A DNA stretch of 64,000 bases from Marsupella aquatica (Eukaryota; Plantae; Marchantiophyta), in contig OZ316892.1 of NCBI GenBank assembly GCA_973895155.1, forward strand, positions 12,712,238 through 12,776,237, read 5' to 3'. The notes beneath the pieces are model-generated. The model had not been told where the DNA came from. It was given only the letters and a program-made list of their open reading frames with translations, and did no database searches. The position numbers were made by a program, and so were the translations under genes. The stretch's first letter is position 1; each line of letters begins with the position of its first letter. This document shows, one piece after another, positions 13,270-24,840 of the stretch.

Positions 13270-14410
13270 AATATATATATATATATATCACAGTGCCCAA
13301 GGCCTGGAGACATGAATCCTAAGGCAAAGCAACCAATGAAGGGAGGAAAAGAGAGTAAAGGGCCCCAAGAAAAACAAGCCAAGGAGTCCCCAACTAAAAT
13401 TCAACAAAAGAACAAGAATTAGTTCGTGGACCCCTTGGCTAATTGACAGCATGGTTATCACAAGGAGTTGTTCAGAGCGCGCCCCTGATAATTGCGTCGT
13501 TGTGCTTGGGTTGTGGCGGGGTTATCAGCGCCTGATCTTAAATGTTGATCATTTAGGGCGCTACATGCTACCAAATTCTCAAGCTACAAGAGTCAGAATT
13601 CAATGTGTGACAAATCTATTTGTAATTAGATGAATGTCTGATCAAATGAATTGTAACAGGTCGTCAATGTTCAAGTTCGGACCATGGCTAGCAGTTTCCT
13701 TTGATTGCATTGGGCCGGAAATCTTACTCCAATTACCCTTTAACAAGGAAGTTATCAAGTTAGTTACTAGCCATTATTTATTATATGAAAAATACTTTTT
13801 ATAAATCTTTGAATTGAAGTTTTAAAATTGGAAATGTAACTAAAACGGTTACATAGTGACAGTTTTAACCGTCTTGCTCTTTGCATTTCTAATTATTTTA
13901 CATTTATTTTTACGGCATTGTGTCCCAAAATTTACACCCAAATTGACACAAACATGAAGGAAAACTATAAGTTTGATTCACAAAACCGACTAGTCTTGTT
14001 TGTGCGATTGTTGTTGACGTGGCACGCTCTAGTGCCAGGAATTTTGGAATGGACCTCTAGTGGGGTCCGTAATTAACCATCAAAAGAGCCATGAAGGCTA
14101 ACATGCTTTTAGAGACACTGTCAAATGAGCCTGAAAAAGAGGGAAAAAGGCCCCAAGAAACACAAGCCAAGGGGTCCCCAACCAAAAGCCAACAAAGGAA
14201 CAAGGAACAAAAAATAGCCAACAAAAGAGCTGTGAAGGCTAACACCCTTTTAGAGACACTGTCAAATAAGCCTGGAAAAGAGGGGGAAAGGCCCCAAGAA
14301 AAAGAAGCCAAGGGGTCCCCAACCAAAAGCCAAGAATGGAACAAGGAACAAAAAGTAACCAACAAAAGAGCAGTGAAGGCTAACACCCTTTTAGAGACAC
14401 TGTCAAATGA
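13270..14410 (-). mobile_element. 5'-truncated LINE-like 3' end, split by a MITE insertion and carrying a 141-bp tandem amplification (14085-14410)
   Basis: On the minus strand a pyrimidine-rich tail ends GGCACTGTGATATA, followed by (TA)n and an A-run. Homologous copies with the same terminus are at 32630-32999, 33295-33442, 55797 and 62598. GAAGGCTAAC recurs with a period of 141 bp. Confidence 0.55.
13402..14071. mobile_element. Non-autonomous DNA transposon (MITE) with short imperfect TIRs and TA flanks, copy 1
   Basis: Ends read TA|GTTCGTGGACCCC...GGGGTCCGTAAT|TA. It interrupts the surrounding repeat at a TA and shares both ends and the last ~170 bp with 20106-21139. Confidence 0.65.
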
Positions 14411-14459
14411 GCATGTAACCTCTGAAAGGGACATTAGAGCTTTTAATTACATTTTTAGG

Positions 14460-14875
14460 GTCACTTTTTTAATTGTATTCACACATATGTGCTTAGGTTG
14501 GTGAACTTGTAGTCCCCGGTCACTCTTTTTATTATTGTATTCACAAATATGTGCTTGAGGTGGTGAACTTGCAGTCCACTTACAAAAACCGTGACATATG
14601 TGTGAATAAACCGTGGCATATGTGTAAATATGCTTATGTTGGTGAACTTGTTGTCCATGTACTAAAACGGTGACATATGTGTAAATACACTTATGTTGGC
14701 GAACTTGTTGTCCATGTACAAAAACAGTGGCATAAGTGTAAATACCCTTATGTTTGTGAACTTGTTGTCCATATACAAAAACCGTGATATATTTGCAAAT
14801 GCGCTTATGTTGGTGAACTTTCTGTTCATACAAATATTGTGACATATTTGTAAATACAAAAAAATTGTGACAATA
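14460..14875. repeat. ~57-bp minisatellite, about 6-7 degenerate units
   Basis: The consensus AAAAACCGTGACATATGTGTAAATATGCTTATGTTGGTGAACTTGTTGTCCATGTAC is repeated. GAACTT cores fall at ~14503, 14565, 14644, 14701, 14758 and 14815. Confidence 0.85.
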
Positions 14876-15206
14876 TTGTCAATTAGAACATCTTTGATGA
14901 CAAAATAGTTCAAAGAACATGTAGGGGTAGGATGCCTTCCAAGGGCTACCCTCAATAAATTGCACCCGAGCACCATCTTCAAAACCATGACCTCCGTACT
15001 TAGTAGAAATGGCAACTAGGAGAGAACTTATATCTTCAGAAATTCCACCACATGAGCATATAGGGGCCGGATGGCTTTCAAGCGGGAGCCCCTCAATAAC
15101 TGGCAGCCAACCTCCATTTTCACAACCCTAACCTCCATGTTTGGTAGAAATGGCAACTAGGAGACTTCACAACCCTGACCTCCAAATTTGGTAAAATGGC
15201 AACTAA

Positions 15207-15625
15207 GAGCATCTCCAGGGGAGCAATGGCCGCAAATCTCGAAACGGGTCTGTTTGCGGCCATAGATGGCATCCCCCAAAATCTATTGCCTGTAAAAGCT
15301 TGTAGAACCCCACCCGTCTTGCCTATAATCGACCGCCATCTCAATCCCGTGAGGCAGGTTTTCGAGCAGGTCGTCAGGATTGCACCTACTGTTGTTGTGT
15401 GTTGGTTTCATCACCATTGATCAATTTGCAGGTTAGCTTGAGGGGGCACTACATGTTGACTGCCTCTCTCACAGAAACTGGAGGTTGTGAGCTTGAAATG
15501 ATTGCGGTTGCCGCAATAATTTATCGGATGGAGGTACCAGTGGGGAAGGGTTTCGGGAAAGGTTGAGGCAAACTCCTGAAAATAGCAGTTGCAGGCCAAA
15601 CAGAGAGCAACGTTTGGAGATGCTC
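15207..15625. mobile_element. Tourist-like (PIF/Harbinger) MITE
   Basis: Perfect TIRs GAGCATCTCCA / TGGAGATGCTC are flanked on both sides by TAA (15204-15206 and 15626-15628). Length 419 bp, no transposase. Confidence 0.85.
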
Positions 15626-16239
15626 TAAGAAGAGACCTCTATCCTCCCCTCTAATTTCCATTTATGTCAAAGATTCCACCACATGTCACAAGATACTAGA
15701 TGTGCTTGAACTTTGAACATGGGTATGACAACACATCACATTGGAGAGGGTAGAGGTCAAAGAAGGGGGAAATGGTTGGTGACTGAATTTTCTAATTTCT
15801 AGGCCTCCATTTGATGGTACATGTTGGGGTTGGAGGTCACTAGGCCCTAAACCCTGGCCTGGATATGCTATTAGGGGGTCTCAAGCCTAAAATTTGATGG
15901 ACCTTAATAATCTAAGTTAAGATTACATACAGAAAAACTTATGGAATACCAAATCCATCATCCCATTTTCTTTGCCATAGAGATTGCAATTGGTAATATG
16001 CCATGATTATAAGTCACTGTAGAGGCTAGTGAAATAGATAAATAAAATATATAACCCTGTGAAAAAGCTATGGCCAAAAACCATCATCCACAACTATTAA
16101 GCTTTGATACACCCCTGCACGACACCCTATGGCATACACTAAAGCTAAAATGTCTAAAATGCCAAAATGTGTCAGGTTGGAGAGATTAAATGCAAGATCT
16201 TGATTACAAATTGACCAAATGTGAACCAAAATTTTCTTT

Positions 16240-16480
16240 CTTACACATTAGCTGGGGATATTAATGTTGATATGCAATATTACTCACACATTAGCCCAGC
16301 CAGGGATATTAATGTAGATATGCAATATCACTCACACGGTAGCCTAGCTAGGGATATTAATCTAAATATGCAAGATTACTCACACAATAGCCATGGATAG
16401 CACAATATTAATCACACATTAGCCTAGCCAAAAATATTTATCTAGATATGCAATATTCCTCACACATTAGCCAGGGATAG
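16240..16480. repeat. ~50-bp minisatellite
   Basis: CACACATTAGCC..GGGATATTAATGTAGATATGCAATATTACT is repeated about 4-5 times with decay. Confidence 0.75.
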
Positions 16481-18284
16481 AACCTTAAATTATTGGCCGG
16501 TCATAGTGAGCACAAACCTCGTAAGTTCAGGCTGGTGATGACTATGGTATCACAATTGTGGGGTAGATAAGACTATGGTATTGGTGGGGTACAAAACAAA
16601 TAATGTTTTGTTAGTGTAGCCGTTGTTGAAGTGTTGCAATTGCTGCTCGAACGTGGGCCAGGGCTACGGTAGGGAGATCCCGAGGGAGATGTATTACCAA
16701 TGGCTCCCTTAGGAGGAATTGGTAGAGTGACAGTTTTCGTAATATATGAAGAGGATCCAACAAACTAGGAACTTTGCTCATAGTGTGCGCACATGCCTTA
16801 CTTTCTAAACTTTCTGACATAGGGATGATCTCCTCCGTCACAAACTTGTCATTTTGTGGTGTGTTGATTTCCAAACCTCAAGGCCTCGGAAATCCCAAAA
16901 GCACAAGGCATCACGCACTGAACAACAGTGCTTTCTAATGCATTGAGAAATGCAACATCTGCTCGACATTTCTTGTGTGGGAGGGTAAAGGAGTTTGAAT
17001 TGTCTTGAACGTTAGGAACACTCAGACAAGTGCGCAGCACGAGGAAATCAAAGACCCCATGAAAGAACTCTTCCGTTTCTTCACATTGTAACTCCTTACC
17101 CTTTGATTTCTACCAACATCAATGACAAAATGGGGCTCAAATCCAGTCACCTGAGTGGGCAATATTCTAGGATTAGGGCTAGGGGTGACTATGGAGCTAT
17201 CGACACATGAACTGTGGATTATTTACTAAACTTGTACTCTAATTTTTTTAAAATCTTGCTTTTCTTCACATCGTAACAAGCTTTGCTGCAGTACAAGACT
17301 TATTGAGCAAAGAAGAGGTGATGATCAATGGTGGTCGATTGAAATGGGCCTTTACAAGTTCTATACTCTATTGTGGGGATGGTGAGAGCAGAATCATAGA
17401 GGGACCAGCGGAGTTCCTCTAAGACTGACTACCAAAGTTCCTCTAGGACTTTTGTGATAGTTGGAGGGCTGGAGAGATGAAAGAATTGGGCTGATGACGG
17501 GATGTTGGGAGGACGAGGCAAACAAACAATGTCAATCACTTCCAACAAGAACATCAACGAACCGAGGACATTGAGCAAGAAACTGGGATTAGGGAAGTCA
17601 CAAGGGATGGAGGTCAAGTTGCTGCCACCAAATTGGGGTCTGGGTCTCCATATATACACATGGTCTAAATGAAGCAACGTCATCAAAGCACAGAGTGACA
17701 CAATACAACGACACTAAAGAAAAAAGCTTAGTCAAGGAAATGTTAGCATCTGATCACCTTGGAGTCTGGAGTGCATATTTGCCCTTTCTTCACAAAAACA
17801 CAACAACTTCAAAGAGCAACCAACATAAACTGTAGACAACATTCAAATGTGAAAGCGCAGGCATGGTGAGAGAAGCGTCAAACTGCAAGCTTTATACTTG
17901 GAGTTCTTCTTACCAATCTTTCCCTACCAACCAGAATTATGTCACAAACTGAGCATACAACATGGAAGGGAGGACGACAGCTTTGTTGCATCCGCCATGG
18001 AGGACGAAGGGACAACACAACTGGCAGGACGGAATTCCTGCATATTTTGCCTAAATTTTGAATTCCTTCATGAAATTGCTGAAGCACGTTCACAGGATGA
18101 ACAAAGGACGTGAGCACAGGACAAGCATAGACAAGCAAGGCAGGGTCGTGCATCACTCAGATGGGGTTGGGGCATGCAGGACAGTGGCATGGGCAGCTGA
18201 GGAGGGTGGGCCCGGGCAGCAAAGGACACAATGAAAGGACCCCGGCTGCACAGCAGGGGCCTTAAATACCGGGAGTTGTGGTTT

Positions 18285-18790
18285 AAGTCAAAATGTCTAA
18301 ACCAAAATGTGTCACGTTATGAGAAAGTGAATGCAAAATCCTGAATATAAAGTTGTTCATGCTTTAGACCACAGCCCCAGTATAATAAGGGGGTTGGCTT
18401 GGCTTTACAATAACTTGGCAGCAAAAATAGCGATTACATACACTAAACTTGAAATGTCTTAGCCAAGCCAAAATCAGTCAGGTGGGAGAAAATAAATGAA
18501 AATCCTGAATAGAAATGGACCAAACTGTCCTTTCTTTAGACCACAACCCCACTGTACTAAGGGGGCTTTACAAGGAGGGGGAATTGTCCACTGCATACAC
18601 TAAGGTTAAAGTGTTCAAGCCAAAATCTGTTGGGTGGGAGAAAATAAATGCAAGCTCTGGAATACAAATGGACCAGAATGATGTGAGGTACATTGCTGTT
18701 CCACTAAAGGTAAAATGTCCAAAGGTGGAAAAAATTAAATAGAAGGGATTGAATGCAAATGGATCAAGCTGTCCATCCTTTACACCACCT
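18285..18790. repeat. Degenerate tandem units, with one further copy at ~16130-16245
   Basis: The motif AAAATGTCT...CCAAAAT...GAGAAAATAAATGCAA.ATCCTGAATA.AAATGGACC recurs near 18290, 18450, 18600 and 18715. Confidence 0.6.
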
Positions 18791-20105
18791 GAGTGACTGG
18801 TCTAACTTTTTGACAAAAAAATATGGACACATCAGCAAAAAAGGTACAGACGAGGGGCTCTATCAGTAGCAGGTGACTAGGATCGGAAATGGCTTTGCCG
18901 GAGTGTGTCCCCAAGTTTGTGTGAAATGAAGTCTGGCCTGTTCTTGCATTTGAAATTGCTACGATTGGATCTCAGACATCAAGAAAAACTGAGCCCCTCT
19001 AATCCAAGATTGAATCTACTCTAAGTAACCAGACCCATGACAATGAGTACTTTGGTCACAAGAAACCCATTTAATCTTTGTTTCCAACTCCTCCTAGGCT
19101 ACCACGCCAACTATTTCGCCCCTTGCTCATGCTCTACTCTGTGTCATTCCAACTAATTCTATATTATATTGAGATGAGATTTAATACATTGCCACTATTT
19201 AGTTTAATTAGTAGGTTCCACGTTTTCCATGTTTGGTCAAGCAAAGTAACTTTGGGTTAGTTTGGAATGATCTTGTGGTCAAGATTCTGTCAGTTTTTTC
19301 ACAATTGGAAGGTCATCACTAGTTCCATCATCCGACTGAGTTGCACTATGCCCAGAACCTGCTTTGAGGGAAATTAAGGTGTTTTAGAAACAGGCTGGTG
19401 TTGGGCGAGGGACCACTGAGGGTGGGTGGTAGGGGTGAGAGGGGATAGAGTGGCGGGGGAGAAGACTTCTGGGGTTTTCCTAATTGGGGCGAGTGTTTTT
19501 CTCTCGGAATTCATGTTTAAAGGGGCATTACAAGAACAAGCAGACAGACAAGTCTTCCTTTTCAAAAATAGATGCCATCCTAGCCGATAATTAACGTCGG
19601 TGGCCATGCTTCACTGCATAACTTTTGGCCACCATTTCCACACTGGTATGCCCAAACCTATGTGGTAGTTGGTAGGTCCTGATGAGTAATGGCAAAATGG
19701 TGACCTTTACATTGTTTTTGTGACCAAATTATAGACCTCCTCTAGAGTTGGTCTAAACTTTTGTGCTCTCCTATATTTTAATCTCTAGTCACAAGTTGAT
19801 GTACCAGGTGATGTAGAGATGGTTTTCATTGGTCTGGCTTATCACCTCAATAGAGGTGAAAGTATAATCTGAATAGGTCCTGTCATGAGATACAAGGCAA
19901 TGGTGAAATAGCAATTCAAGGTCACAACATGTTTGAGGCAAACATCAAAATTCTTGATCAAAATTTACTTCAACTTCTAGCTTTGAATGCCAAAACTAAT
20001 CTTTCCATTTCAAAGCAAGGATTCAAAACAGAGATTGGGATAATCAGTGGCCAGGGCACTATATCTATGGAGGACGCAAGTCATCATGGACAATTCTGTA
20101 AATTA

Positions 20106-21139
20106 GTTCGTGGACCCCTGACTATTGCCCATTAGTTCGCAGCTTAGAAGAAATCTTGTTGAACATTTTGACCTCCAATGCTCTCTAATTGGACAACCCA
20201 GGAAAGTGATCCCATCACAAATTCCACCCATCCACGCAACAGCAACAGCTCACTTGGATTCCAATGCATAGTCTACATCAGGACTGATTCTATGTAACCT
20301 CCGTCTCCTCTCCTTTTCTCCATTGGCTGCCTCTATACGCTAATGACACCAGATTGACCATTGACCAGATCATGACACTCTGATTGAATTCTACTCGATC
20401 GAGCTTTGCACCGTGTCTCTCTCCTCTCTCTCTCTCAATCAATCTCTCAACCATTTTCTTGATGGGGCCACGACTCTATGCTATGTTTATGATTTGATCA
20501 ATTACCCGACTTGTTTTTTTTTCATCCTAGAATCCCTTTCAGTTCGTCTCAAATCCGTCCAATTTCTCTTAGCATTGACTCTGGATTGTTTCTCTCCATC
20601 ACTCAGTCTGTTCATGATTTTATTGATTTTGCTGGTTTGATGGACCAAGTAAAGGCTGGTGCGTGATCCTGGCTCCGGATTCTTGGAGATTCGTGGACTT
20701 CAAATCCGCTAATGTCGATCACTGTGTTGTTGCTTTTGGTTTCTCCCACGACCTACTTATAGAACACTTCAATGTGTTGTGTGGAGTGTTTGATACTGCT
20801 CTCCATCGTTCAGTCCACGACTCTAGATGCAAAGTTGCTTACGGTTGCCATAATTTTGGCAACCGTAATTGTTGCAAATATTCAACTATTTATTATCACT
20901 TATCTTATGTTTTTACTTAATAAGAAGAAAAGGTAACTACAATGGATATGTCAAATAAAATGACATTTTTTATTTATGGCATGACGCCCTAAATTTTACC
21001 AAGAACTTGCCACAAACACAAAAGAAGAAAATATTTTTAATTTGGAAACAAATCTGTTCTTGTTTGTGGCTGGTTGTGCTGATGTGGCACAACCTCATGA
21101 CAGGGAATTTGCAAGGGACCTCTCATGGGGATCCATAAC
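20106..21139. mobile_element. Non-autonomous DNA transposon of the same family as 13402-14071, copy 2
   Basis: Ends read TA|GTTCGTGGACCCC...GGGGATCCATAAC|TA. The last ~170 bp (TTGTTTGTG...GATGTGGCAC...GGAATTT...GGACCTC) match 13900-14071. Confidence 0.6.
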
Positions 21140-22544
21140 TAAAAATTGGCACGATCACAGTCTAAATGATAGAAATAGACAGTTGAGGTGCTTGAGCTGA
21201 GCTAATGGAAAAGTCAAACAACCCTAACTTCAACAACAATAAGTAAATAGTTAGAAACAAAGGTTGCCATCAATGGGTAAATGATACTCACCTCTTCTTC
21301 AACATAGCTGGCCCATTCTATTACATTGCTAGTTTTTTTTACTAGAAACATTAAAAAAGATTATTTATTGTATCTTATTGGAGAATATTACATGTTTCAT
21401 GATTGATAAAGTGAGAAAACAAAACCTGTGCATTATAAGTGAATAACACTGACATTTAACTAAGGGAAAAGTGGGGATTGTAAGGGAATGACAGAGAGCG
21501 ATAGTATTTCCAGGTAAGAATCATTACATAACCTAATGAAGTATAGTCGTTCACAATTATTAGGTTGGGGAGGGACGGTGGAGGGTTAATAGACGTAGCC
21601 TTCTACACAGAGGGTATGCCAATGCATTGAGACTCAGTTCAGAATACTCTACGAAAATGATATCAAAAAGAAAAATACAAAAGAAAAGTAAAAGTTGTAG
21701 GAGGGTGGGGTAATCTACATTAAAAAAGTTAGGAACTGCAAAGCATCGACTACCCTAAAAAATTAAAAATTAAATAATGAACTCTGAAAATAGCATTCAT
21801 GAGTAGGTCAGGTGGATTGGCCATACAGCAAAGTGTGGGTTGTGTGATGGCAAAACCTATTAAGTCTGCCTAAAGGTGGTTGTACAAGGCCTTGGAGACA
21901 CTTCCAAATTCTTCTATTCTCCAAGATGTGATCAGGGCCATCAGTATGGGAGAAATTTCTCCTGTTCACTTTATAAAATGTTGGGGGCACTTTCAACCTA
22001 ACCTCGCAGATCCTACATGGAATGGAGTGGGGTCCAAACATTGCTTATATGGAGCTCATTTTTGTTCCAGAGTTTAGACACCTGTCTTGGAGGTCTCTTC
22101 ATCTGGCTTCTTGGTCAATTCCTATTTTGAGTCTTTTTACACTTAAAAGTGGACCCACATGCCTCTCATGATCTTTTCTTGTCAAAACTAGAAGAGACCT
22201 AGAGAAACAACTATGTGACTTTTAGGTGAAGTGGGTCCCAACTTGTCTCCTAGCAACTTATTCTAGCACCATTTGGTGCAGTTCGCTTTAGAAGACATGG
22301 GGGGGGCATAAAATGATTCCAAACCCTCCTTTGGCCTGATTCACTATCTGTAGGATGCTAAATGGCTGATAGATTAGCTTTGGTTAAAAAAACTGTCAAA
22401 TTGCCCCCAAGGTCTTGTTTGGGATCTGCCCCCGTTGGGGATTACATCCCATTACCCTTTGTTGGGGTTGGGTTATCCTTCAATTTTTCTAGGGGAAAGG
22501 AGGGGCAGCAAGATCTTGTGCAGCACCTGCAGACGAGAATTACA

Positions 22545-23145
22545 GCCCATAATTCTTTCCAGGCCATGGGTTACCCCAAAGGTTTTTAAGGGGGAAGGAA
22601 GGATCCACCCTCACAGTAACAGCCTATTACCCCCTCTTTTTCTAGGGGAGACCTCATAATACCTTCAAGCCCAAGCCCTAGCTCATAATACCTTCAAGCC
22701 CAAGCCCTACTCTCTTCTTCTAGGGGACAGCTCATATACCTTCAAGCCCATGGGTTACCCCTACTCCCTTCTTATATGGGACAGCCCATAACCCCCTTGA
22801 GCCAATGGGTTACCCTACTCTTTTTCTAGGGGGACAGTTCATACGCGCCCCTCAAGCCATTGGGTTACCCTACTCTTTGACTGAGGAACAGTGCATAACC
22901 CGCTCGAACCCATGGGTTAACCAACTCTTTTGCTGGGGGGACAGCCCCCTAACCCCCCCCCCCCCCTTAAGAGTTACCCTACTGTTTTCTAGGGGGACAG
23001 CCCATACCCCCCTCAAGCCAATGGGTTACCCTACTTCTTTTTCCAGAGGACAGCCCATGCCCATAACCGAGACAGCCCATAACCCTCTCCAACCCATGGG
23101 TAACTGGGTTACCCTACTCTTTCTCTAGGGGACAGCCCATAACAG
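22545..23145. repeat. ~59-bp minisatellite, about 10 degenerate units
   Basis: The consensus is CATGGGTTACCCTACTCTTTTTCTAGGGGGACAGCCCATA.CCCCCTCAAGCC. Confidence 0.85.
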
Positions 23146-23240
23146 GAGGGACGGCAAGGAGCAGACTGGGGCCACGAATAGCAGTGCCAACGGGAAAGCG
23201 GCCGATGGGCAGGGAAGAAGCCCACCATTCGAAAGGGGCA

Positions 23241-23455
23241 CGAATAAATTCGAAAGGAAAGGAGAGGAAGGGAGGGGAAGGATTCAAAGAAAGCGAATAA
23301 ATTCGAAAGGAAAGGAGAGGAAGGGAAGGATTCAAAGAAAGCGAATAAATTGGAAAGGAAAGGAGAGGAAGGGAAGGGAAGGGAAGGGAAGGGAAGGGAA
23401 GGATTCAAAGAAAGCGAAAAGTTTATAATAGGAAGGAAGGGGGGGAAGGAAAAGG
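23241..23455. repeat. Purine-rich tandem repeat plus (GGGAA)n tract
   Basis: GAATAAATTCGAAAGGAAAGGAGAGGAAGGG...AAGGATTCAAAGAAAGC occurs three times, and the third copy contains an expanded GGGAA run. Confidence 0.85.
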
Positions 23456-24840
23456 TTGGCAAATGGGCAGAGTTGGTGAATGGCCTGCTGTTGTGGGCCC
23501 TCTCGTTTGATGTGCTCGCAGGGGCTTTGACTCTGGCATCAAGTCCACGGCACCCTCAATGCTATGCGCAGTACAGTCCTCCTCTCTCTCCTCCCATTCC
23601 TGGTTTTCTCTGTGTTCTGTCCTCTTCAAAGATTTGCGGAGGACGACGAATAACCAGAGATCACACACACACTGACTCACTCACTCACTCACACATTCAC
23701 ATACACTCGGGAGCTCGCAGAATCAGTGCCTTGATGTGAGTACATTATTTGTGGGTTGCTCTGCAAGCTTCGCGGAAGAGTCCCTGGAGACAGGTTTTTT
23801 TGCTGCATTCGAGCTCCAAGACTGGAGAAGCTGCTGTGCTTTGAGTAGTGTGGTGACGATGTGAGAGAGAGAATACTGTTTTGATGACGGCGGTTCAAAG
23901 TTCAAGAAGCAGGATGTGGATGGGTGATTGAGCGACCATTGTTGTTCAGATTTTGTTCAGATTGCAGGTTTCCAGTACCTGTTCTAGCAATGAGCCGAAT
24001 TAGTAGTGGAGCGGCTTCTTGCGTCCGCCTCCCTCTCTCTGTACGAGGTGGGCGTTTCATTGCTGTAGCTGCTGATGTGGTGGTAAGCTAGCACTGACGC
24101 CTCCGTCCTCGTCTGGTGCTCGTTGCGGGACTGAGTGCAGCTCTCTCTATGTGACTGATTGATGAGTGGCAGAGCTCAGAGAAGCTCTGTGGGATGCACG
24201 GTTGAGGAGGACGGGTGGCGGGCGTGGAGGTAGAGGTGGCGCGATCCAACTGCCAGTGCTGTTGTGGACGAGCAATTTTTCCGAAGGAGAGCGTTGACTT
24301 GTGGAGCTGGTTCGGGGCGAGGACGGGAAGCCTTGGAATGCGGCGGGCGAGGTTAGGGCAGAGACTCTTGCTAGGTACGACCGTATAGGGCAGATATTGA
24401 TTGTCCCAAGATGGTCACGGCACCTGAATCTGAGATAGGAGGGGAGAGCAAGGTTTTTCCAGCAGACCGGTGGAGGATCTGCTGATCATGGCGAGGAGGA
24501 GGACGAGGATACTGGCATATCTGATGACGGACTTCTCCTTTGGTCTTTTATATGCCTTAAGAATAACGCGTAGGAATTTTCTCCTAAAAGTCCTGTTGGC
24601 AACAAGGTTGCACTCTGTCTTCTTGGTTACTTTTCCCGGGAGACGGCACCTACCGTAGATTTACATTCTGGTTGGGGGATCATCTAAATCTCCACATTCA
24701 CTGAGAATCTTTGCAGGAGTGTGGACTTCTTGCCCCCGTTCAACCAGTGGTGACGAGAGCGAGAGAGCGAGAGAGAGAGGAGAGAGATAGAGATGTAGGC
24801 CAGTTGGGAAGGCCAACATTCTGGGAGGGACATCATTATC

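Noticed and set aside
14057-14845. Repetitive ORFs on both strands, including a His/Tyr-rich 132-aa ORF
   Set aside because: They are translations of the 141-bp and 57-bp tandem repeats.
14460-14875. Possible CRISPR-like repeat-spacer pattern, also considered at 22545-23145
   Set aside because: Units are contiguous and similar along their whole length with no unique spacers. The context is eukaryotic and there are no cas genes.
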